NCBI GenBank assembly: GCA_965226795.1
Contig: CBDDDZ010000004.1
Coordinates: 416,001 to 480,000, forward strand
Origin: Candidatus Latescibacterota bacterium
GTDB taxonomy: Bacteria; Latescibacterota; UBA2968; GCA-2709665
Direction: 5' to 3'
Length of the DNA: 64,000 nucleotides
Both the position numbers and the translations under genes were made by a program. Positions 28,602 through 37,809 of the stretch are shown here, piece by piece (position 1 is the stretch's first letter; the number at the start of each line of letters is the position of its first letter). Below the pieces are notes generated by a model. That model searched no databases, was not told the origin of the DNA, and worked only from the letters and a program-made list of their open reading frames with translations.

Positions 28602-29555
28602 ATGGGAGAGACAGCAACAAAAACCGAGTATACCGCGCCGAATCCCGGTTTCGGGTTCTCGGACGTCCCGCAGGCCGAACCCGACTATCCATTTCCGGCC
28701 CTGACGCTGGAGCAGCGGATGCGGTTCGAGTTGTTCGGATACACCATCGTCGAGGATCTGTTTACCGAACAGGAGTTGCAGTCCATAGAGGCGTCAGCCA
28801 ACAAGATGAAGGCGGAAATCCTGGACGCAGTAGGCGACAAGGAGATCACGCCGCCGCCGCCGCCGAAAAAATACGAAGACTTCAGGGACGGGGCGATCTG
28901 GCGGGCCAATCGAAGGAGGACGGCTTCGGGTGACTTGCACATCGAACGTCTGGAAATCGAGAACGTGCTGGGGCTGGACCCCATCTACCTGTCCGTGCTG
29001 ACCAGGCCGCGCGTCCTGGGGATCGCAACCGAACTGCTGGGCGGGACCTTCCGATTCCACCAGGTCGCCGTCCGCTTCAACCGGCGCTCCGAAACCCCCG
29101 TCCTGGGTTGGCACGGCGGGGTGACGCGGCACAAGGACCGGGCGGTTCGAAAAAATGGCTGGTTCCATACGCAGATCCTCGGCTTGATTCTCTACCTCAC
29201 GGACGTGGGGCCCGGTGACGGCGGTACCGGGATCTTTGCGGGAAGTCACAGACTCGACCTCTCATACGACGACCTTAAGCAATTCATCACGGACCATCCG
29301 GATTCCGAGTTCTTCCATCAGACCACGGCAAAGCGGGGGTCTGCGCTGCTGTTCGCCGACGGCCCGCTGATGCACCGCACCATCAATATCGAAACGGACA
29401 AGGAACGGCTCATCATGCTCTCGCGGCTGGTCCATTCAGACTACGAGTTCGGCGGCATGGAGTCACTCGGGCGGACCGACCACGTACCGCATGAGCTTAT
29501 GCCGCTGTTCTATGGACGGGCGTTCACGCCCAGATATCGACCCCGCGGGGAATAG
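28602..29555 (+). CDS. PhyH-family dioxygenase-like protein with WHGG motif
   Basis: YLTDVGPGDGGTGIFAGSH, GSALLF..LMHRT..ERL. GGAGG RBS. Confidence 0.8.
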   Translation: MGETATKTEYTAPNPGFGFSDVPQAEPDYPFPALTLEQRMRFELFGYTIVEDLFTEQELQSIEASANKMKAEILDAVGDKEITPPPPPKKYEDFRDGAIWRANRRRTASGDLHIERLEIENVLGLDPIYLSVLTRPRVLGIATELLGGTFRFHQVAVRFNRRSETPVLGWHGGVTRHKDRAVRKNGWFHTQILGLILYLTDVGPGDGGTGIFAGSHRLDLSYDDLKQFITDHPDSEFFHQTTAKRGSALLFADGPLMHRTINIETDKERLIMLSRLVHSDYEFGGMESLGRTDHVPHELMPLFYGRAFTPRYRPRGE

Positions 29556-29573
29556 CACACGGAGGTAATACGG

Positions 29574-30851
29574 GTGGCAGCGAGTGTTCTCGAAGGGCCG
29601 AAGTGGTATTTGCCCCGAATCTGTGGGATCAATCCGACCGGTCCGCGGATTTCAGTCAAGGCCGGAGGCGCTGTGGACCTGCGTCTCGAGGTGGAGCCCT
29701 GTCAATGCCTCCCGACAGGGCAGGTCTGGCGGCGTCAGTCCGAGCCCATCCTGTCAGCAGCGACGACCCGTCAGGACTGGTGCCGCGTGCTCCTCTACAT
29801 GCCCTGCGTGCTGAAGGCGGACGGCATCTACAAGATGTGGTACGTGGGCAGTTCCGACCACGCGCGCAACCCTTCGTACATCCATCTCGGGTACGCCGTG
29901 TCCAAAGACGGGCTGCGCTGGGACCCGCAGCCGGATAATCCGATCGCCACCGACGATGCGATTCCGTGGGGCTGGCGTTTCCAGGCGCCGTACGTGCTCT
30001 ACGATCTGCAGGATAAGATATACAAGATGTGGTTTACGGCGGTGGATGAGAGCGACCGGGAGGGCAGTCCGTGGTTGAACCAGCGGGTGGGATACGGCGA
30101 GAGTCCCGACGGGATTTCATGGACGTTCCACCCGGAGCCGGTGCTGCGTACTGGGCGGCGTCCATGCGTGATGAAACAGGATGATGGGACGTACAGAATG
30201 TGGGTCAACGCCCCGTCTGCGGACACCCCGGATCTGAAGATGACCGAAAACATCATTTCGGCCCGGTCCGAGGACGGTCTGCATTGGGACACGGTGGGAG
30301 ACGCGGTTCGGTACGGCGGGATCTATCGCTCGTGCGTGTATCCCTTCGTGATGCGCGATCGGGACGAACTGGCGATGTGGTTCGGCGGTCACCGGGCGGG
30401 CGGCGCCTTCGACATTTCGTTCGGGCGCACCCGCGACGGCAGCACCTGGTACTACCAGAACGACGTGCCGACGTTTCCCCCGAACTCGCGCAGGGATGCG
30501 TTCGACGGCAGGTACACGTCCACCCCGCACGTATTGAAATTGCCGGGCAGATACCTGATGTACTATTCCGCGCGGGACCTGGACGACGGTTGGATCGCCC
30601 CGGACGGCTCGCGCCAGCGGGACAGCGACGGGGTGTATCGCCACGTCGGGTGCGCCGAATTGCCTGTCGACGAAGCTGAAGATCCGGGCCTCCGGTTTTC
30701 GTGGACATCGGACGGCAGGACGATGCCCGGAAACGGCAGTTCTTTGCGGTTTGAGGCAGACAGGGCGGGCAGACATTCGGTCACCTGCCGCGTGGAGAAT
30801 TCCAACGGTTCCGCGGCTTACACTTGGGAGGTGGATGTAGAAGATGGATAG
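29574..30851 (+). CDS. Five-bladed beta-propeller glycosidase-like protein flanked by Ig-like strands
   Basis: Same blades as 23833-24855 (TTRQDWCRV, GRRPCV, DGRYTSTP, YLMYYSARD, YRHVG). GGAGG RBS. Confidence 0.7.
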   Translation: MAASVLEGPKWYLPRICGINPTGPRISVKAGGAVDLRLEVEPCQCLPTGQVWRRQSEPILSAATTRQDWCRVLLYMPCVLKADGIYKMWYVGSSDHARNPSYIHLGYAVSKDGLRWDPQPDNPIATDDAIPWGWRFQAPYVLYDLQDKIYKMWFTAVDESDREGSPWLNQRVGYGESPDGISWTFHPEPVLRTGRRPCVMKQDDGTYRMWVNAPSADTPDLKMTENIISARSEDGLHWDTVGDAVRYGGIYRSCVYPFVMRDRDELAMWFGGHRAGGAFDISFGRTRDGSTWYYQNDVPTFPPNSRRDAFDGRYTSTPHVLKLPGRYLMYYSARDLDDGWIAPDGSRQRDSDGVYRHVGCAELPVDEAEDPGLRFSWTSDGRTMPGNGSSLRFEADRAGRHSVTCRVENSNGSAAYTWEVDVEDG

Positions 30852-32718
30852 ACACGTAATCCTGGCTGCGGGCCGGCGCGCACGATGCGCGGTGGAGGTG
30901 CCTGCGAATCCCGAAGCCGCCGAAAAAACAGCCGGGGAAGAATTGGCGCGCTACCTGGGCAAGCTGGCCGGGGCGCCCATCGAGCTGCTTCAGGGGAAGA
31001 AAAGCCACGCGCCCGTAAGGATCCTGGTGGGGGCCAGAGCCAGGGAGGAGGCTTGCGACCTGCCGCTGGATGAGGTGCGTGATGACGGGTTTGTACTGCG
31101 GGTAACGCCGGACCGGATTGCACTGGCCGGTGCGAATGCCCGGGGCACGCTGTACGCCGCGTATGAGCTGATCGAGCGGCTGGGGGTGCGGTGGTACTGG
31201 CCGGGTCCCGAGGGTGAGTATGTGCCCGCGGCGGGGGACCTGTCGCTTGCCGAAGGGACGGCGGTGATCAACCCGTCCTTCCGGTTCCGGTTCCTCCGGT
31301 GCCTCTTCTCGGCGATGGTCGGGCTGGGCAAGTCCGGACTGTGGCAGCCCTTTTCGTCGCCCCGGCAGGAACAGTTGCTGGACTGGGGCGTGAAGAATCG
31401 GCTGAACGCCGGCTTCTGGCCCTTCGACGATCCGGACGTCACGTCCTTCTTCGGCAGGCGCGGCGGCGTGGCATGTGTGGACCACGCTCACGCCCTGCCT
31501 TATATGGTGCCGCCTGACCAATACTGGGAGTCGCACCCGGAATACTTTGCGGTCGACGAACACGGAGAGTTGTTCGAGAGGAGGGCGAACGAATACGGGA
31601 TACACGTGTGCAGGTCAAATCCCGATGTCCTGGACCTGGTGGTCCGGAAGGCCCTTGAGACGATGGAACGCAACCCGGATGCGGGCTTCGTGAGCATTTC
31701 CCAGGCGGACGGCCAGTTCCACTGCCGATGCCCGGCCTGCCTGTCGAAGTGTAACCAGGGATCTCTGGTATTTCTTGGCGAGGAGCAGATCATCCGGACC
31801 GATTGTATGGTGGACTTCGCCAACCGGGTGGCGGAACGGTTCTGCGAGCGTTGGCCGGACCGGAACCTCATGATTCTGGGACACCATCAGACGATTCCGC
31901 CGCCGACGATTGCCGTGCATCCGAACGTGATGGTCAAGCTGGCCTGTTCGCCGCATGGGTTCGTGTCGTTCAACCGGCCCCTCGAGGATCCCGCGGGGAA
32001 CCACTTTATCTTCCAGAGGGCCGTGGAGGGATGGGCCGCCACGGGTACGCCGCTGGCCTATTACGGTTATAACCCCCACAGTTCGTTTGCCCACGCCCCC
32101 TTTTCGGCGGGCCGGAGGTTTCACAGCGATATCAGATGGCTGCACAGGCACGGCTTCGTGGGCGCCGAGTTTCAGGGTGAGGGGACGCTGTGGGGATTCT
32201 ATGGGCTGAACCACGTCGTGCAAGCCCGGACGATGTGGGACGTCGACGTGGATTTCGACGGACTTCAGAAGGACTATTTCCGCTGTCTGTTCGGCGCCGC
32301 GGCCGAACCCGTGAAGGCGCTGCACGAGGCGTTCGAGCGGGCGGTGGTGGAACACGAACCCATGATGAAGGGCCTCGGCGCATTTCTTTCGCCGGAGGTG
32401 ATCGCCAGGGGAAGAGATCTGATTCGCGAGGGTCGCGACGCGGAGACGTCTGATGACGTCCAGGGCCGCCTGAACGTCCTGGCCGCCCAGGTTGAATATG
32501 GGGACCGGCTGATGGGCGCCAGACGAACCGCGGAGACGTACCACCTGACTCGGGAAAGGGACCATTTGAAGCGGCTGGTCCGCGAACGGGACGCGATTAT
32601 AAGCTACATCGAAGCGAATCCCGTGGACGGCGCCTATCACCTGGGCGGTATCGGAGGGGAACGAGGCAATATAAACGGGTTCCTGCAGGGGCATCTGTGG
32701 GGAATCGACAAGATTTGA
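30844..32718 (+). CDS. DUF4838 domain protein with GH20/GH67-type N-terminal domain
   Basis: DDGFVL...AGANARGTLYAAYELIE.LGVRWYWPG, HPEYFA, C.SNPDV and CRCPAC. Confidence 0.8.
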   Translation: MDRHVILAAGRRARCAVEVPANPEAAEKTAGEELARYLGKLAGAPIELLQGKKSHAPVRILVGARAREEACDLPLDEVRDDGFVLRVTPDRIALAGANARGTLYAAYELIERLGVRWYWPGPEGEYVPAAGDLSLAEGTAVINPSFRFRFLRCLFSAMVGLGKSGLWQPFSSPRQEQLLDWGVKNRLNAGFWPFDDPDVTSFFGRRGGVACVDHAHALPYMVPPDQYWESHPEYFAVDEHGELFERRANEYGIHVCRSNPDVLDLVVRKALETMERNPDAGFVSISQADGQFHCRCPACLSKCNQGSLVFLGEEQIIRTDCMVDFANRVAERFCERWPDRNLMILGHHQTIPPPTIAVHPNVMVKLACSPHGFVSFNRPLEDPAGNHFIFQRAVEGWAATGTPLAYYGYNPHSSFAHAPFSAGRRFHSDIRWLHRHGFVGAEFQGEGTLWGFYGLNHVVQARTMWDVDVDFDGLQKDYFRCLFGAAAEPVKALHEAFERAVVEHEPMMKGLGAFLSPEVIARGRDLIREGRDAETSDDVQGRLNVLAAQVEYGDRLMGARRTAETYHLTRERDHLKRLVRERDAIISYIEANPVDGAYHLGGIGGERGNINGFLQGHLWGIDKI

Positions 32719-32763
32719 GCAGCCTGATAGGCTGTGATGTAAACATCGAACGAGAGCTTGTAA

Positions 32764-33025
32764 GGGTGGAGCGGACATTCTTGTCTGCTCACATACATCA
32801 AACCGGAACCTCGGAATCCTGCGTCCCGGCACGCCACGACCCGCCGCCGTCTCCCCCACTGGCAAGACGACGGCGCTATCTATCGGATTACTTCTGTCTG
32901 CATTCCGGCAGAAGGACGATTAGAAGGGCAGACAGGAATGTCTACCCCACCTTCACACACGCTTCCGTCACGTCTCGACAAGCCATTGTGCGGCGGTGGA
33001 GCTGATTGATTGGCGAATAAAGCAG
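32764..33025. repeat. REP-like family A inverted pair enclosing a RAYT N-terminal relic
   Basis: GTGGAGCGGACATTCTTGTCTGCTC (32766-32790) and GGGCAGACAGGAATGTCTACCCCAC (32926-32950). The interior encodes RRRLPHWQDDGAIYRIT. Confidence 0.7.
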
Positions 33026-33042
33026 CTAACCGTGACAATTCA

Positions 33043-35045
33043 GTAGAGTCGAGATGTGGCGCGGTGGTTTAGGAGGGGCCTATCTGTTTCCGCCCCTTTC
33101 GTCTGGCGGTGCCTCAATAGCCTCTCCGTGCTCTGTTTCCACATCCCGCTCATCGAACCGGACTTGCGGATTTCCCGCATCCGGCTCTCGGACTAAGGAT
33201 TCATGCGTTCGCCCACGGAAAGTTGCGTGTCTGCACTTCCAGCCGGGTCAGGCCCAGGGTATCGTAGAGGACCTCGTCAGGGAAGCGTGATGTTCCCTTT
33301 CCCGGTATCTTGTGCTTGTTACACAACCACCAGCGGAGCCGTTTCCGGGTGTGGGCATCCACACTCCGGTAGGCTTTGCTTACCGGTCCAAGACGGAAAT
33401 AGTTGCCCCAGCCGACCAGCTTTCGGTTCAGGTGGGCAATCCGTTCTTGAAGGTCTTTCAGCAACCACCGTCGCGCTGTGGCCTCGCTGATGGCCCGACA
33501 GATGTGCCGGATAGCCTTCTTTGACGGGCGCGTGCCGATGTAGGCCCTGCCCGTCTTTGGCGAGTAGCAGCGTGTGATGGTGTAACCCAGAAAGTCAAAT
33601 CGTCCTTCTGGAAGGGTGCATACGCTCGTCTTCGTCTCATTGATGGTCAACTTGAGCGCTTTCATGATGGATCGCATCGCTCGCATCGCTTCGGGCGCAC
33701 TGCCGCGGCAGCAGATCACATAATCGTCCGCGTAGTTGACAATATGAGCGTTCAGGCGCTGCTGATGTCCCAGAAGCTGCCATCCCAGAATGAACCGGCG
33801 CATATACAGGTTCGCCATCATCGGGGAGATGGGGGCGCCTTGTGGTATCCCCCTTCCCTGATCCTTGTTCGGCGTTGTTCGCCGTTTCCGTCCCCGCGCG
33901 TCGGTCTCTTCAACCGGGGCGGTCAGCCACATCTTGATCAGACTCAGCATCTTCCCGTCTGAGATGCGCCGCGCCACCGATTTCATCAGCTCGGCGTGAG
34001 GGATCGTGTCGAAGTAGCCGCTCAAGTCGGCGTCGATGACCTGCGTATGGCCCCTGTTCACCAGGGCGTGGACCGCCCTGATGGCGTCGTGCGCGCTCCG
34101 ATTCGGGCGGTAGGCATACTGCTGTGCTGGCAGGTCCGCTTCAAAGATTGGCTCCATTACCAACATCGCTGCCCTTTGCACCACCCGGTCCTTCACCGTC
34201 GGTATCCCCAGCGGTCTTTGCTTGCCGTCACCCTTGGGGATGCAGACCCGACGAATCGGATCCGCTCGATACGATTTGCTCCTCACGGCTTCCGCCAGTT
34301 CGCCTAACCACTGGTCCCGTCCGTATGACTCGATATCCTCAAAGGTCTGTCCGTCCACGCCCGCCGCACCGCCGTTGGCCTTGCAGCTGCGGTAGGCATA
34401 AAGCAGGATGTCCTCGCGATACACCTTGTCATACAGCGCATAGAATCGGTAATCGGGCGATTCCTTCGCTTTGGCATGCAACGTCCTCTGCAGCTTCCGA
34501 ACCTTTTCCGGAGGTCTTAGGCCCATGCCACTCTCCCGGCTCTCGCTCCTTTGACGTTGCCCTTGAACCAAGGCCCCTTCCCTCCACCGGCATTACCCGG
34601 CTTCACAGGTACTACGGGCCTCTCCGCCACCCCTCCCGGCCCGGCCCTCGCGGGTTGCCGGTTGGTGACCATCCACCACCGCTGGGGCTTCCCGCGTTGC
34701 GTCGGATCTCCTTGTATACATGCCGTCGCCATTACCCCGGCGGGACCGTTGGGTGCAAGCGTTGCTCCCTTCCCCAACGACGGCGGCCTTCCCCGAAATT
34801 CAGGCGGGTCGGCTCCCGCATTACCTTTTTCGAGGCCTGCTCAGCGTTCACTCACGTTACGGCCTGCATACTCGCCGAGTCGCCTTGCGACCCTCTACAC
34901 CGGAGGCTTCGGCGATTTCGTTTCCTACGTCACCGCTCCGATTGCTACCGACCTGCCTGCCGAGCATCCGGCGCAGGCAGGCTGCAGCAACATTTGTCGG
35001 GTGGGACTCTCACCCACTGGAGTTCCGCGCCTTTTCACGGCGCAC
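33043..35045 (-). mobile_element. Group II intron, full length (~2.0 kb)
   Basis: 5' GUGCG at 35045. Domain V GAGCCGGAUGCGGGAAAUCCGCAAGUCCGGUUC at ~33188-33156. 3' end CUCGACUCUAC at 33043. RT ORF inside. Confidence 0.92.
33201..34571 (-). CDS. ltrA: Group II intron reverse transcriptase/maturase without endonuclease domain
   Basis: RPLGIPTVKDR, IDADLSGYFD, GIPQGAPISP, YADD and FDFLG, plus domain X GWGNYF. The start may be the downstream ATG (MGLRPP). Confidence 0.95.
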   Translation of the reverse strand: MVQGQRQRSESRESGMGLRPPEKVRKLQRTLHAKAKESPDYRFYALYDKVYREDILLYAYRSCKANGGAAGVDGQTFEDIESYGRDQWLGELAEAVRSKSYRADPIRRVCIPKGDGKQRPLGIPTVKDRVVQRAAMLVMEPIFEADLPAQQYAYRPNRSAHDAIRAVHALVNRGHTQVIDADLSGYFDTIPHAELMKSVARRISDGKMLSLIKMWLTAPVEETDARGRKRRTTPNKDQGRGIPQGAPISPMMANLYMRRFILGWQLLGHQQRLNAHIVNYADDYVICCRGSAPEAMRAMRSIMKALKLTINETKTSVCTLPEGRFDFLGYTITRCYSPKTGRAYIGTRPSKKAIRHICRAISEATARRWLLKDLQERIAHLNRKLVGWGNYFRLGPVSKAYRSVDAHTRKRLRWWLCNKHKIPGKGTSRFPDEVLYDTLGLTRLEVQTRNFPWANA

Positions 35046-35150
35046 TGAATTGATCAGGTCAGGTGACGCCTGCCAGCCGCGCACTCACAAGCCGGTTCAG
35101 GCTCACGCCCTGTTCCGCCGCTTTTATCCCTCTGCAAAAAAGGTACCTGC

Positions 35151-36638
35151 ATGGAACAGCCGATACTGATTCTGCGCACGGGCGGCGATCCGTCGGAAGG
35201 CCTCTGTGCCGAGGTGCTCCGGTGCGAGGGTTTTCCCTGGCTTGAAGAGCGGCCCGCTGGCGAATTCGACGGTGTATCGCCGGGCGAAAGCGTGGTGATT
35301 CTGGCTGGATCGGGCGTCAGCCGAACCACCGCCGAGCGGCTGGCAGGGGCTGTTTCCGAGGGTGTCTCTCTGATCGCGACGGCGCCGGACCCGGCCCTCG
35401 CAGCCGCGTTAGGCGTCACCATCTCCGAGCCCTTTACGGATGCCCACCTGTCCGTCACCCGGTTGGAGGCCTGGGAACACGGGGAGGTGCCGCTGCTTTG
35501 TCCCGACGACACCGCGCGTCCCCTTCATGGGGGACAGGAAGTGGCGGCGCTGCGGACGGTTGACGGCGAGCAATGCGGACCGGGAATCGTGTCCGCCCGT
35601 TTGGGTGAGGGGACGGCCTGGATTTACGGATATGACCTTTGCCGAACCGTCGCCACGCTGCGTCACGGCACGGGAGACGTGCGCGAAAGGCCGGCGAAGG
35701 ATATGGGCCCGCTCACGGGGCCCCGGCATATTTACGGTTTCTTCGACCTTTCCGACAAGCTGCCCCGGGACGTGCCGGTATGCGACCTTCACCAGGATAT
35801 TCTCCGGACGCTTGTCCTGTCCGCGCTCTCCGATACCGTTCTTCCACGACTATGGCACTTTCCGGACGGCGCCCCGGCGCTCTGGTTCGTGAAAGGGGAC
35901 GGATGCGGAGAGTCCGGCGCCGACGTTGAGGTGGAAGTCGTGGAGGAATACGGCGCCTATCTGACCTTCAACCGGCCGCCCGTGAGCCAGTACAGCGGGG
36001 ACCTCATGAGAGATTGGCACGAACGCGGACACGGCATCACCATAGAAGCGAGCCTGGACGACGTCACCCGGCCCACCGTCGAGCACTCGGGCAAGATGCT
36101 CAGGCGGTCACGCACCGCGGAGGACCTGAACGATAACGCACTGCCCGATATTCGCGCCAACCTCGAGGCGCATCGTGACAGCTTTGTACGCGACACCGGC
36201 CTGGATATGGACACGATTTGCATCCACGGATGCCAGATCGCCAATTTCCACCCGAGCTACGTCGCCATGCCCCAGGACCATCCCCGGGCGTCCCGCCTGG
36301 CGCTGGAAATAGGTCTCGAGGGCGCCCGCTCGGCGGGATGCCGGTTCGAAAACCAGGAGCGGTGGTCCCGGTTCTCCAGGGCCCGGGCGGACGTGCGGCT
36401 TGTGGATCGGTGGAATGAGGGCGGGGCCGTTTTTCTGAAGATAGTCTCCCCCGGGGATCTGCATGGGCTCACGCTGCTGCTGCCCGATCCCGTTACCGGG
36501 GTCCGCGCCGCCGAGACGGGCGAGCCCTTGGAAATTCGCGACACCGTTCTCGAGGGGCGGAAACAGCGCCGGGTATGTCTGGATCTCGCCGCCGGTACGC
36601 CATACACACTGCGGATGTTGCATGCTGAAAAAAGTTGA
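35151..36638 (+). CDS. Hypothetical protein with GATase-like N-terminus and deacetylase(NodB)-like segment, possibly internally deleted
   Basis: 495 aa. RLWHFPDG.PALWFVKGD, WHERGH and ANFHP motifs. Confidence 0.45.
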   Translation: MEQPILILRTGGDPSEGLCAEVLRCEGFPWLEERPAGEFDGVSPGESVVILAGSGVSRTTAERLAGAVSEGVSLIATAPDPALAAALGVTISEPFTDAHLSVTRLEAWEHGEVPLLCPDDTARPLHGGQEVAALRTVDGEQCGPGIVSARLGEGTAWIYGYDLCRTVATLRHGTGDVRERPAKDMGPLTGPRHIYGFFDLSDKLPRDVPVCDLHQDILRTLVLSALSDTVLPRLWHFPDGAPALWFVKGDGCGESGADVEVEVVEEYGAYLTFNRPPVSQYSGDLMRDWHERGHGITIEASLDDVTRPTVEHSGKMLRRSRTAEDLNDNALPDIRANLEAHRDSFVRDTGLDMDTICIHGCQIANFHPSYVAMPQDHPRASRLALEIGLEGARSAGCRFENQERWSRFSRARADVRLVDRWNEGGAVFLKIVSPGDLHGLTLLLPDPVTGVRAAETGEPLEIRDTVLEGRKQRRVCLDLAAGTPYTLRMLHAEKS

Positions 36639-36706
36639 ATGGACCGTGCGCGTGGATGCACGGCCGTCGAAACACCCATGAAAAGTTCAACCATAGGACG
36701 AATCCA

Positions 36707-37674
36707 ATGAACAGTCAGATGTGGGACCCCGTGCAGGAAGAGGTACGTCGAAAGCTCGGCGCCATTGTATTCTCGGATCATCCACACCAAATGGGAGACC
36801 AGGACTTTCCATTTCCGGCCCTGACCCTGGAGGAAAGACTCCGGTTCGAGTTGTTCGGCTATACGATCGTGGACGATCTGTTTACCGAAGGTGAGCTTGG
36901 ATCGATCGAGGCCGCGGCGAATACGGCCAGGGAAGAAATCCTCGCGTCCCTGGGCGACCGCCCGTTTCAGCGACCGCCTCCCCGAAGAAATACAACGACT
37001 TCAAAGAGGGTGCGATCTGGTGGGGGCATCGGACGGTATCGGAGTCGGGCGAACTTTATCTCCACCGCTTGATCATCGAGAGCGTACTTGGACTGGACCC
37101 GGCTTTTCTGAACGTCCTGTCGAAGCCCCGCTTACAGGGTATTGCCACGGAATTGCTCGGAGGGACATTCCGATTCCTGTCGCTCGCCGTGCGCTTCAAT
37201 CGGCGTTCCGACCACCCCGATCTCGGCTGGCATGGCGGCGTTGGCCGGTTCAAGGACCGTGTGGCTTACAAGAACGGCTGGTTTCACACGCCCATTCTCG
37301 GGATGATCATCTTCCTCACGGACATCGGGCCGGAAGACGGCGGAACGGGGTTCTTTGCCGGAAGCCACCATCTGGACCTGCCCTACGATACAATGAAACA
37401 GTACATCACGGACTGTCCGGATTCGGAATTTTTCCATCAGGTCGAGGGCAGGCGCGGTTCGGCGCTGTTTTTTGCCGATGGTCCGCTGATGCACCGGACC
37501 ATCCCGATTCAAAGCGATAGGGAACGCCTCATCATGCTCTCGCGCCTGGTCCATTCGGACTATGAAATCGGCCAGACGGAGCCGACCGGCAGCGTTGAGC
37601 ACGTGCCGCCCGATCTCATGCCCATGTTCTACGGACGCGCCTTCATGCCGAGGTATCGACCCGCGGGGCGATAG
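36707..37674 (+). pseudogene. PhyH-family WHGG paralogue, frameshifted at the C4 run 36980-36983
   Basis: FPFPALTLEERLRFELFGYT in one frame, then PKKYNDFKEGAIW...WHGG in the next. Collinear with 28602-29555. Confidence 0.8.
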
Positions 37675-37809
37675 TTTCGATGACGGCAGATAAATCCCGC
37701 TTGCCGGCGTGGGTTGCGGTCGGACCGCCGTTGCCTGCGAACCAAACCGCGCGGGGAAAAAAACGCAGCGTCGAGGCATTTCACCCGACCTGGGTCACGG
37801 AGAAGATGG

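Noticed and set aside
33201..34571. Retron, DGR or defence-associated RT
   Set aside because: It has a maturase domain and full group II intron RNA ends and domain V.
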